Assembly (NCBI GenBank): GCA_049521795.1
Contig: JBEKOM010000002.1
Location: 32,001 to 96,000, forward strand
Source of the DNA: Candidatus Bathyarchaeia archaeon
GTDB taxonomy: Archaea > Thermoproteota > Bathyarchaeia > Bathyarchaeales > Bathycorpusculaceae
Length of the DNA: 64,000 nucleotides
Reading direction: 5' to 3'
The translations under genes were made by a program, and so were the position numbers. How positions within the stretch are numbered: position 1 is the first letter of the stretch; the number at the start of each line of letters is the position of its first letter. Under the pieces are notes generated by a model. That model did not search any database, was not told the origin of the DNA, and saw nothing but the letters and a program-made list of their open reading frames with translations. This document shows, in pieces, positions 10,304-20,500 of this stretch.

Positions 10304-11689
10304 TTACTTGCCGAGCAGCTTGTCCTCCGGCGGCATCGGCTTGATTAGGCCCTGTTTCATGAGCGCTCTGAGCGATTCGCGAGCATTCTGGATTATCGCA
10401 ACAGCTCTGTCGTAGAGCTCTTTCCTGCTTGGTTTAATTCTTGCCACTCCCTCGTCTATGGATTTCAGCGCGCAGGCTACTGCTTCGCGTGGGAAGACTT
10501 CCCACTCCTCCATCCTTGGAAGGATATCTTTTTCATGCATTCCGCGTTCTTCAGCGAACCTGGCAAGCTCTTGGGCTGCGGCGATGCACATGTCATCCGT
10601 GATGGTTTTTGCCCTGACATCGAGCACGCCTCGGAATATCCCTGGAAATCCTAGGCTGTTGTTGACTTGGTTAGGAAAGTCGCTTCTTCCTGTTGCCACG
10701 ATTCGGGCTCCCGCCTCTTCAGCTTCCCAGGGCCATATTTCGGGTACCGGGTTTGCGCAAGCAAAGACTACCGAATTGTCAGCCATGGTCTTTATCCACT
10801 CTTTCTTGATCGTGCCGGGCCCTGGCTTTGACGCGGCTACCACGGCATCAGCACCCTTGAAGGCTTCCTCTATGCTGCCTGTCCTGTGTTCCGCGTTTGT
10901 CTTCTGCGCCAACTCGTACTTCCACGGGTCTTCGCTCTTGACCACGTCTTTCCTGCCCGGGTACAGTAGACCTTTCGTGTCCACGAGCATGATGTTTCCA
11001 GGCTTTATTCCCCACCTTATCAGAACGAATGCGGTCCGCAGGTTCGCAGAACCCGCACCTACCAGAGTTATCAAGGTCTTCTTCGGATCCTTGCCGACAA
11101 TCTTGAACGCGTTCATCAAGCCTGCCAGGATCACCGTCGCCGTTCCCTGCTGGTCGTCATGCCAAACTGGGATTTGCAGCCGTTCTCTTGCCTTCTCAAG
11201 AACGTGGAAACACTTCGGCTTCTCTATGTCTTCCAGGTTTATACCGCCGAACGTCGGCTCAATAAGCTCACACGTCCTGATTATTTCCTCAGGGTCCTTC
11301 GTCCTGAGACAGATCGGAAAGGCGTCCACCCCGCCTAAGTACTTGAAAAGTAGGGCTTTTCCCTCCATCACTGGCAATCCAGCTTCTGGACCTATGTCAC
11401 CCAGTCCCAGCACCCGCGTTCCATCCGACACGACGGCCGTGAAGTTCCAACGGTTCGTGAGCTCGAAAGACTTGTCTCGGTCTGCTTGGATCTCCCTGCA
11501 CACAGCGGCCACGCCCGGCGTGTACCAAATGGCAAAATCATTCGCGCTTGCGACGGCGCATTTGGGCATTATCTGCACTTTCCCTTCATAGAACCTGTGC
11601 AATGGCGGAGCTAGCATTGCAGGTTTTTTCGCCTTCGCCAACAGTTCTTCTACGGTTAGTTTGACTTCTTTGCCTTTTGGTTTAGACAT
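10304..11689 (-). CDS. NAD(P)-dependent malic enzyme
   Basis: YTPGVA, DGTRVLGLGDIG, VMEGKA, NLEDI, HDDQQGT, ANPVPEI, GRSDFPNQVNN. Confidence 0.96.
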   Translation of the reverse strand: MSKPKGKEVKLTVEELLAKAKKPAMLAPPLHRFYEGKVQIMPKCAVASANDFAIWYTPGVAAVCREIQADRDKSFELTNRWNFTAVVSDGTRVLGLGDIGPEAGLPVMEGKALLFKYLGGVDAFPICLRTKDPEEIIRTCELIEPTFGGINLEDIEKPKCFHVLEKARERLQIPVWHDDQQGTATVILAGLMNAFKIVGKDPKKTLITLVGAGSANLRTAFVLIRWGIKPGNIMLVDTKGLLYPGRKDVVKSEDPWKYELAQKTNAEHRTGSIEEAFKGADAVVAASKPGPGTIKKEWIKTMADNSVVFACANPVPEIWPWEAEEAGARIVATGRSDFPNQVNNSLGFPGIFRGVLDVRAKTITDDMCIAAAQELARFAEERGMHEKDILPRMEEWEVFPREAVACALKSIDEGVARIKPSRKELYDRAVAIIQNARESLRALMKQGLIKPMPPEDKLLGK

Positions 11690-11941
11690 CTCTACCTTCT
11701 CCTCTGATGGAAATTGTTGTCTTCTTGCAAAAGCTTTAAAGATTGTGGTTGACTTGACGAGAAGCTACGTAGAAGGTTTCGTAGTCTTCATTCATTTAAC
11801 GAGAAGAGTCTGCTTGTTCGATTTTGGACCGACTTTAAAAATACTCTGTCTGAGTCACAAGCTCTTTTTCGACCGCGAACGCGGCAGCTTGTTTTTTTGG
11901 TTAAAGAAAATAGTGGAGGATGCCTAAATCGTGGGTCCCGT

Positions 11942-12439
11942 CTAGTAGCGTCTTTGTCGGTAGCCGCCTCGTCTGTCTCGTCCGCCGAAGTCGCGTCTGC
12001 CGCCGCCGAAGTCTCTTCTGCCGCCTTCTCTGAACGGCCTTCTCGGCTGTTCGTACACTTGGGTTGACATGTTGTTTTCAGTGTTCACTTCGCCCGCAAT
12101 GGCTTGTTCCGCGATTTCCAGCGTGCCGTATCTTCCGATGTTCAGACGCATGTTGCCTCTGAACAGGTTTATGTAACCGTTCTTGACGTTTACCGTGTCT
12201 CCATCTTTGACTTTCTCAATGTTGTCATCCCAGAGTGTCAGGTAAATGCATCCTGTCTCGTCTCCGACCATGGCGTCGCTCACTTTGTGCGGCTCTCCGT
12301 CTCTTCCGGCCGCAACGTTTCTGACTTCGCTCTTAGACAAGACCTTTGCCAGCACGTTAACGGCTCTGGAAGAGGGGTTTAGTTCGCCCACTTTCGCGTC
12401 TACGGGTGTTCTAGCTCCGGTAAAACCTTCAACTGCCAA
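11942..12439 (-). CDS. ssb: Single-OB-fold single-stranded DNA-binding protein
   Basis: GDETGCIYLTLWD, NGYINLFRG, LNIGRYG; Arg/Gly-rich tail. Confidence 0.9.
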   Translation of the reverse strand: MAVEGFTGARTPVDAKVGELNPSSRAVNVLAKVLSKSEVRNVAAGRDGEPHKVSDAMVGDETGCIYLTLWDDNIEKVKDGDTVNVKNGYINLFRGNMRLNIGRYGTLEIAEQAIAGEVNTENNMSTQVYEQPRRPFREGGRRDFGGGRRDFGGRDRRGGYRQRRY

Positions 12440-12546
12440 GCTCTTTCAACATCCTATTTTTTCGACGATTCAACCATAACAAAATAACCACACTTAAGGC
12501 TTTTGGTCGGCACAATCGTCTATTCTGAAAGCCAATTCCATGGTCT

Positions 12547-12565
12547 GTATACAAAAGCATCAACG
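12547..12565 (+). repeat. Dispersed intergenic motif GTATACAAAAGCATCAACG, copy 1
   Basis: Exact 19-bp match to 23492-23510. Confidence 0.75.
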
Positions 12566-12995
12566 GATTCACTGATCTTTCCCAACTGCACGCCTGAAAG
12601 CTACCAAGACTGAAAGAGCATTAGCAACGAGTACTGAACTTTGGTAGTTTGTTGAGAACTCTTGAGTTTCGGACCTTTACCTCCACTTCATACGTTAGCT
12701 AAGCTGTGTTGAATGCGACGAGTTTTTCTTTCAAGAGGCCTAAGTAGGCTAGAACGAATGCCTTGCCTCCCAGGGTCAGCGCGTAAACTGGGATGGTAAC
12801 GCACACTTGAAGAAGGGAGTGGGGGGCGATTTCTTTTCGAAGTGTTTTCGAAGCACTTGCACAAGACACACAGCTTGCGTATTAGGTGGTCTTGAGAACG
12901 TTCGGGTTTGGTGAAGGTTTCTTGTGAAAAATGCTTTGAAAAAGAAGGGAATTCTACGTGTCAAGCGATAAAGTGACTGACAGGGCGAATGTTGT

Positions 12996-13292
12996 CTATT
13001 TTTGCTGTTCTTTGTTGGTCATTTCGTTTATCTGTTGTTCCATCGTGTGACCGCGGCAGTAAATTAATGCATTCTTGACTCCGGACACCTTGAGTGCAGC
13101 ATTCTTGATGTCGCTTGCAAGCTTGAAGGCTATTGGGCAGAAGGGGCTTGAGGGAACGAACTCGACCTTTACGACGCCAGTTTCCTCTTCTTTGACGTTG
13201 GTAATCATCTGCATCTCTGCAAACGACATGCCGGTCTCTGGGTCGACAACCTGGCCTACGGCTTCACGGACCTTTTCCTCCAACTCCGTCAA
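12996..13292 (-). CDS. DUF59/SufT/MIP18 Fe-S cluster assembly protein
   Basis: VVDPETG and PSSPFCPIA motifs. Confidence 0.88.
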   Translation of the reverse strand: MTELEEKVREAVGQVVDPETGMSFAEMQMITNVKEEETGVVKVEFVPSSPFCPIAFKLASDIKNAALKVSGVKNALIYCRGHTMEQQINEMTNKEQQK

Positions 13293-13355
13293 ACTCGTGC
13301 ACTTCCCTTTGTTTTGGTACGGATCAGGTCAGGGCCGTCATATATACGTGTTGTA

Positions 13356-14900
13356 TTAACTCGTTGTTTTTGTCCTTTGTCTTGTCAAGTGCATGCGCCA
13401 GCTCAAAGTCATGGTGCTAGGATGGGACGCTTTAACTTCGTCCAGACGCGAGACAGCGGTGTTGTGCGGCGCTTTGAGGACGACATCAGGGTGTGCGTAT
13501 GCCTCTTCGCAGATTTTTTGCATCGTGTCAGCGAACCGGTCTATTTCCTCCTTCTCGAAGGTTTCTGTTGGTTCGATCATTAACGCCTCATCCACAATGA
13601 GGGGAAAATAGACCGTCGGCGCGTGCAGACCGTAGTCAAGTAGGCGCTTTGCTATGTTTAAGGCTGAAACGCCAGTGTCGTCTTTCAAAGGCTTGGCGCT
13701 CAAGACGCATTCATGCTTTCTCAGCTTTTCGGTGTCGTATGGGAGAGCCAGGCCTTTGATCCGACTCAGCTTCTTCATTAGGTAATTAGCGTTCAATGCC
13801 GAGACTTCGGCTACTTCCGTCAGTCCTTCAAGACCCATGCTAAGCACGTAGGCATAAGCCCTAAGCAGGACTGCGACGTTTCCGTAGAAGCCTCTGATCT
13901 TTCCAATGGTTCGTGGTCTTTCATAGTCCAAGTGGTACCGCTTTCCATCGTAAACTATTCGTGGAACCGGCAGAAAATCAGCCAAGTCTTTCGACACACC
14001 GACTGGACCTGCTCCGGGACCGCCTCCCCCGTGAGGTGTGCTGAAAGTCTTATGGATGTTGATGTGAACAATATCAAAGCCCATGTCGCCTGGTCTGACC
14101 TTGCCGAGCAGCGGGTTGAGGTTTGCACCGTCATAATAAAGGAGACCCCCTGCGTCATGGACAACCTGGGCTATTTCTTCAATGTCCTTTTCGAATATTC
14201 CGAGAGTGTTGGGGTTGGTAAGCATCAAGCCTGCCGTTTTATTCGACGCGACTGACTTGAGGGCCTCCAAATCTATGCAACCGTCAGCGCCTGATGGGAG
14301 AACTACTACGTTGAAGCCAGCCATTGCCGCGCTCGCAGGGTTCGTCCCATGTGCAGAGTCAGGAACGATCAATTCTGTCCTCTTTTCGCACTCACCGTTC
14401 GATTTTACGCACGCATGCATCAACAGCGTACCGAGAAGCTCACCGTGAGCTCCTGCAGCGGGCTGCAGACAGACCTCGTGTGTTCCTGTTATCTCACTGA
14501 GCCAACGTTCAAGGTTGAACAGAATCTCCAGAATGCCCTGCACTGTGCTTTCTTCCTGATACGGGTGGATCATTCCCAGCGCGGGCGAGTTTGCCAGCAG
14601 CTCGTTGATTTTCGGATTGTACTTCATGGTGCAGCTTCCTAGCGGATAGAACCCTGAGTCAACACCATAATTCATCTCAGACAAATGCAAAAAGTGCCTG
14701 TTAACCTCGACCTCAGAAAGCTCCGGAAGACCAAGCTTGCTATTCCTCTGCATGTTTCTTGGTAGAAGCGCGTTAAGATCACCTACAGCTTCTCTAATTT
14801 CGTCTTCGACAGCTGGAAGGACGTGCCCTCTCCGTCCCTTCTTTCCGAGGTTGAAGATAACCGGCTCATTCCAGTTTGCTTGTTTGTACATGGTTTTCAT
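13356..14900 (-). CDS. gcvPB: Glycine dehydrogenase (decarboxylating) subunit 2
   Basis: PLGSCTMKYNP, QPAAGAHGE, SAHGTNPAS, HKTFSTPHGGGGPG. Confidence 0.97.
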   Translation of the reverse strand: MKTMYKQANWNEPVIFNLGKKGRRGHVLPAVEDEIREAVGDLNALLPRNMQRNSKLGLPELSEVEVNRHFLHLSEMNYGVDSGFYPLGSCTMKYNPKINELLANSPALGMIHPYQEESTVQGILEILFNLERWLSEITGTHEVCLQPAAGAHGELLGTLLMHACVKSNGECEKRTELIVPDSAHGTNPASAAMAGFNVVVLPSGADGCIDLEALKSVASNKTAGLMLTNPNTLGIFEKDIEEIAQVVHDAGGLLYYDGANLNPLLGKVRPGDMGFDIVHINIHKTFSTPHGGGGPGAGPVGVSKDLADFLPVPRIVYDGKRYHLDYERPRTIGKIRGFYGNVAVLLRAYAYVLSMGLEGLTEVAEVSALNANYLMKKLSRIKGLALPYDTEKLRKHECVLSAKPLKDDTGVSALNIAKRLLDYGLHAPTVYFPLIVDEALMIEPTETFEKEEIDRFADTMQKICEEAYAHPDVVLKAPHNTAVSRLDEVKASHPSTMTLSWRMHLTRQRTKTTS

Positions 14901-16306
14901 CTCTCGCCCACTATTTCTTTAAGAGCATTCGCTAGGTGTTGGATCTCCTCTTTTGAGTGGATTTCGGTCACGCAGAACAGTGCTGTTTGACCCAGCTGGG
15001 GGAACTCTTTTGACAGGTCTTTTCCTCCCTGAATCTGATGCTTCAAAAGTCTTCTGTTGACCTCATTGACGGTGAGGTTTGCTTGGTCGAAGTTCACTGT
15101 GAACTCTTTGAAGTGTGCTGTTTTGAAAATGGGGACTCTGACCTTGCCTATTCTTGAAAGCAGACGCATGGCGTAGTTGGCCTTGTACATTATTGTTTCT
15201 CCGAGCTCGCGCAGGCCTTCTGGTCCGAGCAGAGCCATGTAAACAGCAGAGGCCACTGCGCACAGAGCCTCGTTCGTGCAGATGTTAGATGTGGCTTTCT
15301 CTCGTCTTATGTGCTGCTCGCGAGTTTGCATCGTCATGCAAAAGCCCTGCCTGCTGTCGTCTTGAGTTTTGGTCAGCCCGATTATTCTGCCCGGCATCTG
15401 TCTTATCAGAGTCATGTCGTCGCGGCAGGCCATTATTCCTAACAGAGGACCACCGAAGTTCATTGCGTTCCCTAGGGGTTGAGCCTCTCCGACAACGATG
15501 TCTGCCCCATATTCGCCCGGAGGCTTCAACAGTCCAAGTGACGTTGGGTCGACTCCCGTTATGAAAAGGGCGTTGTGCAAGTGTGCTTCCTGGCTTATCT
15601 CCTCAGCCTGTGTTTCGATAAATCCTAAATGGTGCGGGTTTTCGACATAGACGGCTGCCGTTTCGTCTGAGATTTTGCTTTTAAGGTCTTCGAGGTTCAG
15701 CTGCCCAGTCTCCATGTCATAGGCAACTTCTCTGATTTTGATTCCTACTGGGTCAGAGTAGACTTTCAGCGTTGAGGCTCTCTCAGGATGAACAAGCTTC
15801 GGAACCAACACCTCCTTGCGCCTTTTGACTCTTGCAGCCATGCGCGCCGCTTCGCCCAGTGCGGAAGCCCAGTCGTACATCGAGCAGTTAGCTACTGTCA
15901 TGCCTGTTAGTTCACAGATCATACTCTGATACTCAAAAAGTGCTTGAAGCATGCCCTGTGAGATTTCAGGCTGGTACGGAGTGTAGGACGTTAAAAACTC
16001 GCTGCGTTGAACGATCTCTTGAACGACTGCTGGCACATAATGGGGCCAGCAGCCTGCACCTAAGAAAACTGACATACGATTGCTTGCATCACCCTTTGAC
16101 AACAAGGCCTCAACATGCTTTCTGACTTCAAACTCAGACAAGCCCTTCTCTGGAAGGCTTAGCCTCTTCTTCAGAAGGTACCTCTCTGGAACGTCTCTGT
16201 ACAGTTCGGCGATGTCACGTATGCCTATCTCTCGCATCATTTCTTGTTTAGTTTCGGAAACGGAATTGGGAATGTAAGGATGACTGGGTCTGGTCACAAA
16301 CTTCAC
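14897..16306 (-). CDS. gcvPA: Glycine dehydrogenase (decarboxylating) subunit 1
   Basis: FLTSYTPYQPEISQG, TREQHIRREKATSNICTN; 4-bp overlap with gcvPB. Confidence 0.97.
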   Translation of the reverse strand: MKFVTRPSHPYIPNSVSETKQEMMREIGIRDIAELYRDVPERYLLKKRLSLPEKGLSEFEVRKHVEALLSKGDASNRMSVFLGAGCWPHYVPAVVQEIVQRSEFLTSYTPYQPEISQGMLQALFEYQSMICELTGMTVANCSMYDWASALGEAARMAARVKRRKEVLVPKLVHPERASTLKVYSDPVGIKIREVAYDMETGQLNLEDLKSKISDETAAVYVENPHHLGFIETQAEEISQEAHLHNALFITGVDPTSLGLLKPPGEYGADIVVGEAQPLGNAMNFGGPLLGIMACRDDMTLIRQMPGRIIGLTKTQDDSRQGFCMTMQTREQHIRREKATSNICTNEALCAVASAVYMALLGPEGLRELGETIMYKANYAMRLLSRIGKVRVPIFKTAHFKEFTVNFDQANLTVNEVNRRLLKHQIQGGKDLSKEFPQLGQTALFCVTEIHSKEEIQHLANALKEIVGER

Positions 16307-16399
16307 CGTTGCGAAGTAGAAAGTAGAGAGCTGTTGCTTCTTTAAGCTTTTTCACGGGTTCGCGAGATGGGCTCTTTGAAGGGTGAGGAGCGATACGCG

Positions 16400-16415
16400 T
16401 TGGAACCATTCCATT
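16400..16415. promoter_or_regulatory. Putative operator TTGGAACCATTCCATT (TGGAA-N3-TTCCA), copy 1
   Basis: Exact 16-bp match to 46702-46717; lies between divergent genes. Confidence 0.45.
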
Positions 16416-16594
16416 GATTCAACTTGATGAAGCGCGATGTTAAATGCCGAGGTGTTATTTCTGTTGATGCCTTTTTTAGGATTTTCCAAATCTATGCAGC
16501 AGCTGCAGCTCCCACACGTGAGACAGCGGCCTAATTTTTCAGAATAAAGTCTTTAATAGTGTGTTGCGTCTTGTTTCTGTTGGAGAGTTCACCC

Positions 16595-17005
16595 ATGAAG
16601 TATGACTACGACGAACTGCTGAAGCGAGCACGAGGTCAGTTTCCAGAGGTGGCCTCAAAGCGTGAACGCTTGGAACTCCCTAGGCTGAGCTACGCAAGGA
16701 TAGGCATGCGCACGGTGATTTACAATTTTAAAGAAGTCGCTGATGCCTTGAACCGTGACCCCCAACACCTGCTCAAGTTCTTGACGGGTGAGATGGCCAC
16801 GGCTGCAACGATGCAGGCGTCAAGGGTGATTTTCCAAGGCAAGTTTTCAGAGGACACTTTTCAGAGACTTATGCAGAGATACTTAGAGACCTTCGTCGTG
16901 TGCCCCGTGTGTAAGCGTCCGGACACGAAAATCATCAAAGAAAAGCGCTTGTCTTTCCTAATGTGTGAGGCGTGTGGGGCAAGGTCCTCTATCAAGCAGC
17001 TGTAA
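16595..17005 (+). CDS. eif2b: Translation initiation factor 2 subunit beta (aIF-2beta)
   Basis: YDELLKRA, NFKEVADALNRDPQH, CPVCKRPDT, CEACGA zinc ribbon. Confidence 0.96.
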   Translation: MKYDYDELLKRARGQFPEVASKRERLELPRLSYARIGMRTVIYNFKEVADALNRDPQHLLKFLTGEMATAATMQASRVIFQGKFSEDTFQRLMQRYLETFVVCPVCKRPDTKIIKEKRLSFLMCEACGARSSIKQL

Positions 17006-17018
17006 GAGTGCTCAAACA

Positions 17019-17315
17019 TTGGAAGTCTACATGAACCTGAAGAAGATCGGCAGAAACGTGCTTCTCTGCATGTGTGACACGGAGATTCTGGGCAGAACTT
17101 TGCACGAAGGAAAGATAGTTTTCTGCGTTAAGGAAGACTTCTACAAGGGCGCCAGAGTACCTGTTGAAGAAGCAGTGTGTTTGATTGAAACGTCTACGAT
17201 AGTCAACATGGTGGGCAAGAACATCGTGAAAAAGGCGATAGAAAGAGGCTTTGTACACCCAGATGCAGTGTTGAACATAGAGGGCGTGCCACACGCTCAA
17301 ATCGTAAAACTCTAA
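17019..17315 (+). CDS. DUF424 family protein
   Basis: CDTEILG, FYKG, NMVG, GVPHAQ; typical neighbour of aIF-2beta. Confidence 0.88.
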   Translation: MEVYMNLKKIGRNVLLCMCDTEILGRTLHEGKIVFCVKEDFYKGARVPVEEAVCLIETSTIVNMVGKNIVKKAIERGFVHPDAVLNIEGVPHAQIVKL

Positions 17316-17500
17316 GCACAGATAGACAGAATCTTGCTCTTTCTCCTTCTCTCAACCTTCTTGGAGTCGGCGAAAGTCGGAATTAAACTCTCAAAGGGTG
17401 AACCATGTCTGGTCAAGTGGCCCAGAGAGATGTGACAGTTGAGTTGCAGCAAAGTGCGATTTCTAAAAAACTTATATTTTGCGGTTAGCGTCTTCTGAGG

Positions 17501-20500
17501 ATGGGAAAGGGGAGGTTGAAGAAATCACTTCTTGTTCTGATTCTGATATTGCTGATGGAAACGCTCCCTCTCATGGCCAGCGTTCAGTCAGCCAAGCTTT
17601 GGTCTAAACCGTGGACTTTGTCCTACGGGGCGCCTGATGTCCTTTGGACCGGATATGATTCAACACAAACCATGAAGGCTGCTGCTCAAGAAGGATTAAA
17701 CACAAGATCGAGGAACAATGGTTATCCGGCATTCAAAGATCCGGGCACGTCAAATATCTTTGGCATGCCTAGCTTGAATGATTCTGACTGGGTTGACAAC
17801 GGTTCTGCAGAATTGGTGATAGGGCTCAACGATGCCGAGCAGAACCATTACTCTGACTTAATAGACCTCATTGCGAACAGCAGAGGCAAACTCGTTGAAA
17901 CTCTTCTAGTAGGCAAAAAGGTCTCAGCTCTTGTGGTCAAGGTTCCTGTCAGTTCTGTATCGAATCTTGTGTCAGAAACCAGGCTGTCAAAATGGGCCAG
18001 ATACGTCGAACCCAACGTAAAGATGCGGGCAGATTTTACTCCAAACGACCCATATTGGCTGAACCAGTGGGGACCGGCTAAGATACAGGCTGACTTTGCT
18101 TGGAATACAACGATGGGTAGCGCTTCAATAATTGTGGCGGTTGTTGACACGGGGGTTGATTGGAGTCACCCTGACCTCGCTCCGAACTATGTTCCGCTTG
18201 GATATGACTGGGTCAACAATAACCCGGACCCCATGGATGATAACGGGCACGGAACACACGTTGCCGGAATAATAGCCGCCGCAATCAACAACAGCGTTGG
18301 GATAGCTGGTTTAGCGAACGTCAGGATCATGGCTGAAAAAGTCCTAGACAAAGACGGGAGCGGGACAACAAGCGACGTCGCTCAGGGAATTATCCATGCT
18401 GTGGACAGCGGGGCAAAGATCATTAACCTAAGCCTGGGGGCCACTTACCCAAGCGAGGTTTTGTACGAAGCAGTAAGGTATGCCTTCGAGCATGGTGTGC
18501 TAGTTGTTGCATCGGCAGGAAACAGCGCTTCAAGCGTCAAGGAATACCCTGCAGGTTACGACGAAGTCGTGGCCGTGTCTGCTACCACCATGTCAGACAG
18601 CTTGGCGAGTTTCAGCAACTATGGAAATTGGATCGACGTCGCTGCGCCAGGCGTCCATATCTATTCAACGATAATCAACGATTCCTATGCCTACTTAAGC
18701 GGCACATCAATGGCAAGCCCTCACGCTGCCGGAGTTGCGGCTTTGATTTGGAGCAGGTTTCCAAACATGACACGAGATCAGGTGTGGGCTCAATTGCAAT
18801 ACACTGCGGACGACCTTGGCACCCCGGGCTTTGACATCTACTACGGATTTGGAAGAATCGACGCTAAAAAGGCAGTGGAGCAAGTTCCAATGAATCACGA
18901 TTTACTTGTCTTAAGAATGAGAGGCCCTTCATTCGTGCAACTTGATACTGAAGCAACGGTCAACACCACGGTACTTAACATGGGAAACAGCAACGAAAGC
19001 GGCGTGACAGTCGAGTTGCTCGTCAACGGCACCGTCGCTAATTCCTCTGCAATCGGGCTGTTGGAAAGCGGTGCATCAGAAATAGTGAGCCTCTCATGGA
19101 ACGGCACGGTTGAAGGAGTGTACAATGTAACGGCTTACGTCTTGCCCGTGGCAGGTGAGACTTCCATTGAGAACAATGCTTTCTCTACGCAGGTACTGTG
19201 TAAATCTCCACAGATTATCAGGGTGCCAAGTGATTATGGCACGATTCAGGGAGCTGTAAATGCGGCTAACGAGGGGGACACGATACTTGTGGCTTCGGGA
19301 ACGTACCATGAAAACGTTCAAATTGTAACGTCGGGCTTGACGATCATTGGAGAGAACAAAACCTCTACCGTCATTGACGGAGGCGGAAAAGGCAATGTGG
19401 TGTCCGTAACCGCGGATAAAGTGGAGATAGACGGTTTCACCATTCAAAACGGTGGAAAGGACAACGTGGGCATTTCGTTGCTCGGGTCCGACGCTAACAC
19501 GATCAACAACACCGTCATAATCGGCAACACATACGGGCTTTTCTTAGACACTTCTCCAAGCACTACCGCTCGCAACAATGCGATCACCAATAATACGTTC
19601 AACTTCGGTTTGTACGGTGAATCTCTCATGGATTTCATCCAAGACATAGATTCTTCCAACACTGTTGCCGGCAAGCCTATCTGCTATATAGTCAACCAAA
19701 CGGGCAGCAGCGTTCCCACAGATGCTGGCTATGTAGCCGTGGTAAACTCGACAGACATAAACGTGATGGACGCGAATCTAACTGGAAATTATGAGGGTGT
19801 TTTATTCGCCTATTCCAGCTGGTCGGTCGTACAAAATGTGAACGCCTCAAACAACAGCGTCGACGTTTTCCTTTATGAGTCGTTGAACAACAGCGTAACA
19901 GACACTTTGCTAACGAACAGTGACGAGGGAATCTACTTGCTCTCTTCTGACAACAACACAATCGCGTCCAGCAACCTATCCAACAACACTTACGGTCTTG
20001 ACATCGCAAGATCATACAACAACGCCATGAATGATTTAGAGGTCTTCAACAACACCTACGGCGTGCTTTTGGAGATGTCAGGCAACAATTCTCTCAGAAA
20101 TAACAACATGACCATTAACCAATTCAACTTTGGCGTCGTAGGCACACAACTTTCCGCTCTAGTTAATGACGTGGACACGTCAAACATCGTGGATGGGAAG
20201 CCCGTGTACTACTTGGTCAATCAACACGATGAACAAATCCCGAAGGACGCAGGGTACGTTGCTGTAGTCAATTGCGCTAACATCACCGTAGCGCAACTGA
20301 ACGTAACGAAAAATGTGCAAGGCGTACTACTCGCATTTACGACAGACAGCACAATAAGCCAAAGCAACCTGACGGCGAACGATCAGAATGGCATCATATT
20401 CTGCTCTTCAGATCAGAACAGGATTTACTCAAACAAATTGGCGGGTAACAGCGTAGGCATTAGTACCGTCGATTCGATCAACAATACGATATATCACAAC

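Noticed and set aside
10458-11591. 377-aa ORF antisense to malic enzyme
   Set aside because: Codon-registered shadow of a conserved gene; Ser/Pro-rich with no motifs
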